Of a stretch of DNA of 11,713 bases, positions 1 through 5,466 are shown piece by piece. Made by a program: the position numbers and the translations under genes. Source of the DNA: a virus; IMG/VR virus record IMGVR_UViG_3300045988_012850, positions 1-11,713 of that record. One strand, written 5' to 3'. The notes beneath the pieces are model-generated. The model searched no databases. It was not told the origin of the DNA and saw only the letters and a list, made by a program, of their open reading frames with translations. The first letter of the stretch is position 1. Each line of letters starts with the position of its first letter.

Positions 1-40
1 TAACCTGTGACTGGAGTTCAGACGTGTGCTCTTCCGATCT
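1..40. other. Illumina TruSeq-type adapter (reverse complement), a technical artefact
   Basis: taacct + gtgactggagttcagacgtgtgctcttccgatct is the exact reverse complement of AGATCGGAAGAGCACACGTCTGAACTCCAGTCAC plus 6 index bases. It mirrors 11674..11713. Confidence 0.95.
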
Positions 41-104
41 AAAGGTACACTAGGCACGCAGATTTAACATTTCCCAACTATCTTTAACAGTTGTTAACAC
101 ACTT

Positions 105-128
105 TGGCACGCTTTTTGTTCTGTGCCA
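105..128. promoter_or_regulatory. Inverted repeat TGGCAC-N12-GTGCCA, a candidate dimeric protein-binding site (origin or regulatory)
   Basis: tggcac (105..110) and gtgcca (123..128) are exact reverse complements. The site sits in repeat unit 1. The same GGCACGC 7-mer also occurs at 53..59, near the genome tip. Confidence 0.5.
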
Positions 129-172
129 CAATTACGATTATTTAACACATTTAACACATCGTTAACACACTT

Positions 173-195
173 TGGCACGCTTTTTGTCTGTGCCA
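173..195. promoter_or_regulatory. Inverted repeat TGGCAC-N11-GTGCCA, second copy
   Basis: tggcac (173..178) and gtgcca (190..195) lie in repeat unit 2. The spacer is one T shorter than in unit 1. Confidence 0.5.
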
Positions 196-257
196 CAATT
201 ACGATTATTTAACATATTTAACACACCGTTAACACTGTTAAACTTTCATAAAAATAA

Positions 258-336
258 TGTTTCACGTGGAACGGTGGTAACGGTTGTTTCACGTGGAACA
301 AATGGCGAAAGATGAAAATTGTCTCACGTGGAACAA
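258..336. promoter_or_regulatory. Cluster of three CACGTG-core operator-like boxes (TYTCACGTGGAAC)
   Basis: ttcacgtggaac occurs at 261..272 and 288..299, and ctcacgtggaac at 323..334. Each is a near-palindrome (GTTYCACGTGRAAC). A related perfect palindrome lies at 5179..5190. Confidence 0.6.
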
Positions 337-389
337 ACAAGTGTTAACAACAGTTAATTTATTTCTTTAAGACTTTTTAACGGAAATAA

Positions 390-421
390 TTTGGTGGTTT
401 CGCAAAAACGTTGTATCTTTG
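390..421 (+). promoter_or_regulatory. Bacteroidota-type promoter (-33 TTTG / -7 TAnnTTTG) firing inward from the left ITR
   Basis: TTTG at 390..393, a 20-nt spacer, then TATCTTTG at 414..421. The extended core ATTTGGT ... TATCTTTGCA is identical to the internal promoter at 5208..5239. The ITR ends 2 nt after the -7 box. Confidence 0.65.
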
Positions 422-470
422 CACCGTGTTTAAGAAACATATAAGTTTAACAAATTAAATTAGGTAAATT

Positions 471-638
471 ATGAATGAGAATTTTAATGAAACTGTTTTC
501 AACTGTATTACTAGTGTTAATGCTCTTATGACTTCAAACGAAGTTGCTAAAGACGATAAGGCGGTTATTAAGTTGAACCGCTTTAAGAAGTGGTTGAACG
601 AATTTGCGGTTGCAAACGGTGTGAACGAAGTTAAGTAA
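471..638 (+). CDS. Hypothetical small protein (55 aa), first gene of the left arm
   Basis: ATG 471 to TAA 636..638 (MNENFNETVF...ANGVNEVK). It is below the ORF-track cutoff and about 45 nt downstream of the ITR promoter, on the same strand as the following genes. No motif recognised. Confidence 0.45.
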   Translation: MNENFNETVFNCITSVNALMTSNEVAKDDKAVIKLNRFKKWLNEFAVANGVNEVK

Positions 639-688
639 TAACAGGCGTTCAATGACAACAGAAGTTTAACGTTTAAAAGATTTGAGTT

Positions 689-1045
689 ATGCCAAAAGGT
701 TTTAGTTTTGCTGGTACTTTTAATAGAACTAGTTTCGGGATTGATACAACAGATTTCCCGTTTGTTAAGTTGGTAGATATTTTCAAAGATGAGGGCGGTG
801 ATGTGGTGCACCCTATCAACGGTTTGTATGTGCATAAATCACAATTGGGGGATTCACCCGTTATCATTGATGCCGAAAACAAACGTCTTGTTAACTTACC
901 ACAGTTTACAGGTGACACGATTCGTGAAATTTTGGCGAATAGTGATGCTGTCGATGCCATCAAAGCGAACAAAGTTGGTTACACGATTTATGAATATGAA
1001 TCGCACGCCAAAAAGTGTTACGGTATTACCTTTGTAGATAAGTAG
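689..1045 (+). CDS. Hypothetical early protein, 118 aa (candidate abundant replication-accessory or DNA-binding protein; function not established)
   Basis: Clean ORF in the gene-dense + strand series, followed by an intrinsic terminator. It sits upstream of the terminal-protein and polymerase genes, analogous to the phi29 p5/p6 genes. No diagnostic motif seen. Confidence 0.7.
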   Translation: MPKGFSFAGTFNRTSFGIDTTDFPFVKLVDIFKDEGGDVVHPINGLYVHKSQLGDSPVIIDAENKRLVNLPQFTGDTIREILANSDAVDAIKANKVGYTIYEYESHAKKCYGITFVDK

Positions 1046-1072
1046 TTGTAAGGTAAAAGGGTTGATAACGCC

Positions 1073-1117
1073 ACGGGGGTAAACAGTAATTTATTTATTG
1101 TTACCCCCGTTTTGTTT
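1073..1117 (+). terminator. Rho-independent terminator or attenuator
   Basis: acgggggtaa (1073..1082) pairs with ttacccccgt (1101..1110), followed by tttgttt. No new promoter motif appears before the next gene at 1139. Confidence 0.7.
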
Positions 1118-1138
1118 CATTTTAAATTTTAGCAAGTT

Positions 1139-1801
1139 ATGGCAAAAAGAAATCCAATAGGGTTTAGCAAAAGAGCTTTTTCATTTACGGGTAAAATTCA
1201 CGTAAAAAGTGAGATTTTAACCGCTTTGGAATCTGACCCCGTGTTAAGAAAAGAAATTGCACGAACTTTTCAACAGGCAAACCGACGCATACAAAACGTT
1301 GAAAATTCGGGCATTGTTTCGCCTGCGGTTGTTGCCCTTAACAAAGGTGACGTAAAAGGGTTTGCAAAGTTTTCAATGAAACACGATTGGAACGATTTAA
1401 AAATTGAATATGCCAAAGCGGTAGCGTTTTTGCAACAACCTACATCAACTGCAACAGGTACAAAAGAATATGCGCAACACCTAAAGCGTACGTACAAACT
1501 GAATGATGATGAATTTAGTTTGATGCAAAATAAGTTAATGGGTAAGATTGCAAGTGTTTCCGATGAAAAGTTTTTGGAACAGTATTTAATGCAATACAAA
1601 GACTTTACAGGTGAACTTGAGCAAGAAAGCAAAGACGTTTCAGACCAAATCGAAGATGATGCTATAAAAATAGCAGATTCGTTGCAAGATGATTTGAACG
1701 AACAGGCTAAAGCCATCGAAGAAGAACAGGAACGAATGAGCGGTTTATTAGATGATACACTCGCAAAGATTTTAAAAAGTTTCAAAAAATTCGGTTTGTA
1801 A
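1139..1801 (+). CDS. Putative terminal protein (protein primer), 220 aa
   Basis: It lies immediately upstream of the protein-primed polymerase, with a TAATG stop/start overlap (1799..1803); this is the canonical TP-pol order of phi29 and PRD1. The N-terminus is basic (MAKRNPIGFSKRAF). The C-terminal half is strongly acidic and helical (DQIEDDAIKIADSLQDDLNEQAKAIEEEQE), like the DNA-mimicking priming domain of phi29 TP. The genome has ITRs. Confidence 0.55.
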   Translation: MAKRNPIGFSKRAFSFTGKIHVKSEILTALESDPVLRKEIARTFQQANRRIQNVENSGIVSPAVVALNKGDVKGFAKFSMKHDWNDLKIEYAKAVAFLQQPTSTATGTKEYAQHLKRTYKLNDDEFSLMQNKLMGKIASVSDEKFLEQYLMQYKDFTGELEQESKDVSDQIEDDAIKIADSLQDDLNEQAKAIEEEQERMSGLLDDTLAKILKSFKKFGL

Positions 1802-4011
1802 TGAAAAAGATATCCTTTGAACTTCACAACGAAATTTACACGCCTAAAGATATTTCAAAGGTTTTATCTTTGGCGGTGAATGAAAAGAACTTCACAGGAA
1901 ACAATAAGGGCGAAAAGTTCTTAAATGTGCCTGTTTCATTTGATATTGAAACTACTTCATTTTATCGTGACGAAGACGGGGAAACATATAGTTATGACCG
2001 TTACATAAAATTAGGTGGCAAAGATACCAAAATGGAAAAATGTAGTTTAATGTATGTTTGGCAATTTGGAATAAATGGTTTTTGCATTATTGGTAGAACG
2101 TGGGAAGAATTTTTGCAAATGTTAGATTACATCGTTGATATATTGGGTTTAAACCAAGAAAGGCGCATTATTATATACGTTCACAATTTGGCATACGAGT
2201 TCCAATTTTTACGAAAAATGCTAAAATGGGAAAAAGTTTTCTCTATTGATTTGCGCAAACCGATTTACGGAATAACAAAAAGCGGTTTAGAGTTCCGTTG
2301 CTCTTATTTGCTTTCGGGTTATTCGTTGGCGAAATTGGGTGAACAACTTCACAAATATAAATGTGAAAAGTTGGTAGGTGATTTAGACTATAGTCTATTA
2401 CGTCACAGCAAAACCCCGTTAACGCCAAAAGAAATTGGCTATTGTTTGAACGATATAAAAGTAGTTATGTGTTACATACAGGAACTTTTAGAACGTTACA
2501 AAGGAATAACAAAGCTACCAATAACAAAAACTGGTTTCGTGCGTAAATATTGCCGTTCTGTATGCTTTAAGACAACAGACCCTGAAACAGGAAAAACGAT
2601 TCCAAACTTTAAATATTTGGATAAAATCCACAATTTAAATATTACAGGTATGGAAGAATTTTTAATGTTACAAAGGGCATTTTCGGGCGGTTTCACGCAC
2701 GCCAACGCAAAATATACCGATGAGGTGATAGAAAACGTTGATAGCTACGATTTTACTAGCAGTTACCCTTATGTGATGGTTTCCGAAAAATTCCCGATGA
2801 GCACGGGCGTCGTTGTTCCCGTTAAATCGATGAAACAATTTGAGTTTATGACTAGTAAATTTTGTTGTGTTTTTGATATTGAGATAACAAACATATTTGC
2901 AAAATCAGAAAACGAAAACCCAATATCTGTTAGTAAGTGTTTCGTAAAAGAAAACGTTTCCGAGAATAACGGGCGTTTAGTTTGTGCAACAAAGATTTGT
3001 ATGACGATTACCGAAATAGATTTCAAAGTTTTTTCACAGTTTTACACGTGGGAACAAATCAGAATCGGGCGAATGATATGCTACAGAAAAGAATATTTGC
3101 CTACAGAGTTTGTGGAATCTATTTTGCACCTTTACGAAATGAAGACGAAACTAAAAGGCGTTAATGGCAAAGAAGTAGAGTATCTGAATAGCAAAGAAAT
3201 GCTAAACAGTTGTTACGGTATGTGTGTTACAAACCCGTTGCGTGATGAAATTTTGTGTGACGGTGAATCGTGGGATATTGAACACCTTACAGGGGAAAAG
3301 CAATTGGAAACGCTGCAAAAATACAATGACAGCAAAAACCGTTTCTTGTTTTACCCTTGGGGTATTTACGTTACCGCTTATGCAAGACGTAATCTGTTTA
3401 CGGGTATTGCCGAATGTGGTGACGATTATATATATAGTGATACCGATAGCGTTAAAATTATGAACGGTGATGCTCACAAAGAATATTTTGCCGCTTACAA
3501 TATGTTATCACAACAAAAATTACGTGCAGCCTGTAAGCACCACAAAATACCATTTGAAAAGGTTGAACCCGTCACGGTAAAGGGAATCGCCAAACCGTTG
3601 GGTGTTTGGGATTACGAGGGGCGATACACCCGTTTCAAAACTTTGGGTGCAAAACGCTATATGGTGGAAGAAGAAAACGCCCTGACAGTAAACGGCAAAG
3701 ATTACAATTACAGTATTACCGTTTCGGGTGTTAACAAGAAATCTGCTATCCCTTATATGCTAGAAACGTTTGGGGAAAACGGAATCTTTGACGCTTTCAC
3801 GAATTATCTAGATATTCCACCGAGTGCAACAGGCAAGAATATACACACGTATATTGATTACGAACAAACAGGAACTATAAAAGATTACACGGGCACGGTT
3901 TCAAGTTACGACACGTTAACGGGTGTTCATCTAGAGCCAACAGGGTACACGTTAAGTCTTTCAGTTCTTTATATAAATTATTTAATGGGAATTCGACTTA
4001 AAAAAGAATAG
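1801..4011 (+). CDS. Protein-primed family-B DNA polymerase (phi29-like pPolB), 736 aa
   Basis: All signature motifs are present in order. These are ExoI FDIETTS, ExoII YVHNLAYEFQF, ExoIII YCLNDIKV, motif A YDFTSSYPYVM (Dx2SLYP), motif B KEMLNSCYG (Kx3NSxYG), motif C YSDTDS (3433..3450) and KxY (GAKRY). Confidence 0.96.
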   Translation: MKKISFELHNEIYTPKDISKVLSLAVNEKNFTGNNKGEKFLNVPVSFDIETTSFYRDEDGETYSYDRYIKLGGKDTKMEKCSLMYVWQFGINGFCIIGRTWEEFLQMLDYIVDILGLNQERRIIIYVHNLAYEFQFLRKMLKWEKVFSIDLRKPIYGITKSGLEFRCSYLLSGYSLAKLGEQLHKYKCEKLVGDLDYSLLRHSKTPLTPKEIGYCLNDIKVVMCYIQELLERYKGITKLPITKTGFVRKYCRSVCFKTTDPETGKTIPNFKYLDKIHNLNITGMEEFLMLQRAFSGGFTHANAKYTDEVIENVDSYDFTSSYPYVMVSEKFPMSTGVVVPVKSMKQFEFMTSKFCCVFDIEITNIFAKSENENPISVSKCFVKENVSENNGRLVCATKICMTITEIDFKVFSQFYTWEQIRIGRMICYRKEYLPTEFVESILHLYEMKTKLKGVNGKEVEYLNSKEMLNSCYGMCVTNPLRDEILCDGESWDIEHLTGEKQLETLQKYNDSKNRFLFYPWGIYVTAYARRNLFTGIAECGDDYIYSDTDSVKIMNGDAHKEYFAAYNMLSQQKLRAACKHHKIPFEKVEPVTVKGIAKPLGVWDYEGRYTRFKTLGAKRYMVEEENALTVNGKDYNYSITVSGVNKKSAIPYMLETFGENGIFDAFTNYLDIPPSATGKNIHTYIDYEQTGTIKDYTGTVSSYDTLTGVHLEPTGYTLSLSVLYINYLMGIRLKKE

Positions 4012-4013
4012 TT

Positions 4014-5153
4014 ATGAAACAGAAAAAAGAAAAGGTTGAAACACTGAAATTTTACACGTTGAATCGCATTTTATCAAAAAATGCCGATTACAATGTGATT
4101 TTCGGTGAACGTTCCAACGGTAAAACCTATGCAACGTTGTTGTATGGCATCAAAGAATATTTGCGCACGGGTAAGCAAATGGCATATATTCGTAGATGGC
4201 GTGAAGATTTAAGGGGCAAACGTGCCGAAAGTTTATTCAGTAATCACGTTGCAAACGGTGTGGTACAAGAATTAACAGGCGGTAAATTTAACGAAGTGTT
4301 TTATGTTTCGGGAAAATGGTATCTTTCGTCTTATGATGCCGAAACAAAGAAACGCGTACCCGATAACACCCCGTTTTGTTTCGGTTTCTGTTTATCAGAA
4401 CAGGAACACGAAAAATCTAGCAGTTACCCGAATATAACTACTATCGTTTTCGATGAGTTCCTGACAAGACGTTATTATTTGCCAGACGAATTTATGCTAT
4501 ATATGAACCTGTTAAGCACGATTATTCGACAGCGAAACGACGTTAAAGTTTTTATGCTTGGTAACACCGTGAATCAGTTTTGCCCGTATTTCTCTGAAAT
4601 GGGTTTAAAACAAGTTCGCACAATGGAACAGGGCACAATAGATATTTATAAATTCGGTGAGCATGGAGCAACGGTGGCGGTTGAATATTGCAGCACGATT
4701 GTTAAACATAAAGCTAGTAACAAATACTTTTGTTTTGACAATGAAAATTTGCAGATGATTACGGGCGGTAAATGGGAACTTGCGGCTTATCCTCATTTGC
4801 CTGTAAAATACAAACCGAATGACGTTTTGTTTGTCTTCTATATTCAGTTTAACGAAATGACCTTGCAGGGAAACGTTATTCAAGTGGAAGACAAAGAAAC
4901 AGGGGTTAACAACTTTATTTACATACATAATAAAACAACCCCGATTAAAGACGTTGACAACAGTTTGATATATTCTTTGCAAATGAACGGCAAACCCAAC
5001 TACAAACGAAAGTTGTTGAGTACTGCGACTTATGTAGAATCACAGATAACTAAGTTTTTCGCCACCGATAAGGTATTTTATCAGAATAACGAAATAGGTG
5101 AAATTGTGCGTAATTACTTGATGGCAAGTGCAAGAAGTAACATTATTACTTAA
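4014..5153 (+). CDS. DNA packaging (encapsidation) ATPase, phi29 gp16-like, 379 aa
   Basis: Walker A GERSNGKT (4104..4127) and Walker B IVFDEF (D147/E148 at 4452..4457). The segment EKSSSYPNITTIVFDEFLTRRYYLPDEFMLYMNLLSTIIRQRNDVKVFMLGN is collinear with phi29 gp16 SEKSNAYPNVSTIVFDEFIRE...LLNLMDTVFRNRERVRCICLSN, as I remember it. Confidence 0.9.
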   Translation: MKQKKEKVETLKFYTLNRILSKNADYNVIFGERSNGKTYATLLYGIKEYLRTGKQMAYIRRWREDLRGKRAESLFSNHVANGVVQELTGGKFNEVFYVSGKWYLSSYDAETKKRVPDNTPFCFGFCLSEQEHEKSSSYPNITTIVFDEFLTRRYYLPDEFMLYMNLLSTIIRQRNDVKVFMLGNTVNQFCPYFSEMGLKQVRTMEQGTIDIYKFGEHGATVAVEYCSTIVKHKASNKYFCFDNENLQMITGGKWELAAYPHLPVKYKPNDVLFVFYIQFNEMTLQGNVIQVEDKETGVNNFIYIHNKTTPIKDVDNSLIYSLQMNGKPNYKRKLLSTATYVESQITKFFATDKVFYQNNEIGEIVRNYLMASARSNIIT

Positions 5154-5161
5154 TATCTGTT

Positions 5162-5191
5162 AACGGTGGTTAAAAATATTTCACGTGAAAC
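5162..5191. promoter_or_regulatory. Operator module AACGGTGGT-N9-TTTCACGTGAAAC upstream of the internal promoter
   Basis: The 30-nt stretch aacggtggttaaaaatatttcacgtgaaac aligns without gaps to ITR 270..299 (aacggtggtaacggttgtttcacgtggaac; 22/30 identical in two blocks). It contains the perfect 12-bp palindrome tttcacgtgaaa (5179..5190). Confidence 0.6.
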
Positions 5192-5207
5192 AATTTTCCC
5201 CGTTTTA

Positions 5208-5239
5208 TTTGGTAATATCAAATAATATTCTTATCTTTG
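5208..5239 (+). promoter_or_regulatory. Bacteroidota-type promoter for the structural (late) gene block
   Basis: TTTG at 5208..5211, a 20-nt spacer, then TATCTTTG at 5232..5239. This is the same extended core as both ITR promoters. It lies in the 118-nt gap between the ATPase stop and the ATG at 5272. Confidence 0.65.
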
Positions 5240-5271
5240 CATCATTAAATAACAAAGTTAAAATTTACTAT

Positions 5272-5466
5272 ATGGACGTAAACGCAATAGTATCTCTAGT
5301 TAGTAACGTGGGTTTTCCTGTAGCGGTTTGTGTCGCCCTTTTCTTCTATATGGAGAAACAGAATGAACGTCACCAACAGGAAACCGACAAGTTAAACGAA
5401 ACCGTGCAAAGTAACACTAAGGTATTAACGGAACTTTGCACCTTAATTAAAACGATTGTTAAATAA
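5272..5466 (+). CDS. Small single-pass membrane protein, YvrJ-like (holin candidate), 64 aa
   Basis: I use the internal ATG at 5272, because the track start at 5185 lies upstream of the promoter. MDVNAIVSLVSNVGFPVAVCVALFFYMEK has one hydrophobic helix with the N-x-GFP motif typical of YvrJ-family proteins, followed by a charged helical tail. The stop overlaps the portal ATG (TAATG). Confidence 0.6.
   Translation: MDVNAIVSLVSNVGFPVAVCVALFFYMEKQNERHQQETDKLNETVQSNTKVLTELCTLIKTIVK

Larger units (their letters stand above)
93..236. repeat. Tandem direct repeat inside the left ITR: 68-nt unit (93..160), 67-nt unit (161..227), partial third copy (228..236)
   Basis: Both units read gttaacacactttggcacgcttttt...gtgccacaattacgattatttaaca.atttaacaca.c. 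They differ by one T deletion and two substitutions. TTAAC motifs recur at about 9-11 bp spacing (84, 94; 142, 151, 162; 209, 218, 229, 238). Confidence 0.92.
41..423. repeat. Left inverted terminal repeat (ITR), 383 bp
   Basis: The reverse complement of 11291..11673 matches 41..423 at every position I checked by eye. The first mismatch is at 424. The repeat starts 5'-AAAGGTACAC directly after the adapter. Confidence 0.97.

Noticed and set aside
103-121. Sigma-54-like -24/-12 element: TGGCACG-CTTT-TTGT (also at 171..188 and mirrored in the right ITR). The consensus is TGGCACG-N4-TTGCW.
   Set aside because: The near-invariant C of the -12 GC is a T. The TGGCAC is also half of a perfect TGGCAC/GTGCCA palindrome, which explains its presence more simply as a dimer-binding site. 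The idea is testable but not supported.
93-236. Tandem repeats considered as a CRISPR array, and the ITRs considered as transposon/IS or Polinton/casposon-type terminal inverted repeats.
   Set aside because: There are only about 2.1 contiguous units with no unique spacers. There is no cas, transposase or integrase gene. The gene content (portal, capsid, packaging ATPase, tail) identifies an autonomous tailed phage with a protein-primed linear genome.
41-423. A phi29-type packaging RNA (pRNA) gene within the ITR or the left end.
   Set aside because: I could not trace a multi-helix structure with the required bulge and loops by eye. Only 6-bp stems are evident. A covariance-model scan is needed before any claim.
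455-972. Minus-strand ORFs 455..835 (126 aa) and 673..972 (99 aa).
   Set aside because: They are antisense shadows of the + strand genes 471..638 and 689..1045. They run against the inward-firing ITR promoter, overlap each other and have low-complexity composition.
1270-1827. Minus-strand ORF of 185 aa opposite the terminal-protein candidate.
   Set aside because: It lies entirely antisense to a well-supported + strand gene coupled to the polymerase. Its Ser/Cys-rich composition is the mirror of an acidic, Glu/Asp-rich protein. No promoter or terminator serves it.
3041-3060. CACGTG-containing sequence tttacacgtgggaacaaatc inside the polymerase gene, resembling ITR box 2 plus its flank. Another CACGTG lies near 10070.
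   Set aside because: Matching the ITR box requires two indels, and single CACGTG hexamers are expected by chance in 11 kb. It is probably coincidental unless conserved in relatives.
2243-4982. Several short ORFs on both strands inside the polymerase and ATPase genes (2243..2428, 2496..2705, 2769..3026, 2982..3164, 3202..3477, 3224..3463, 4605..4982).
   Set aside because: They are nested in genes with unambiguous catalytic motifs in another frame. They are typical chance ORFs in AT-rich sequence.
5185-5271. The upstream start (5185) given in the track for the YvrJ-like ORF.
   Set aside because: The extension covers the operator and the -33/-7 promoter elements. It would have to be translated from a read-through transcript, and it adds a non-homologous N-terminus. 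ATG 5272 fits the promoter.
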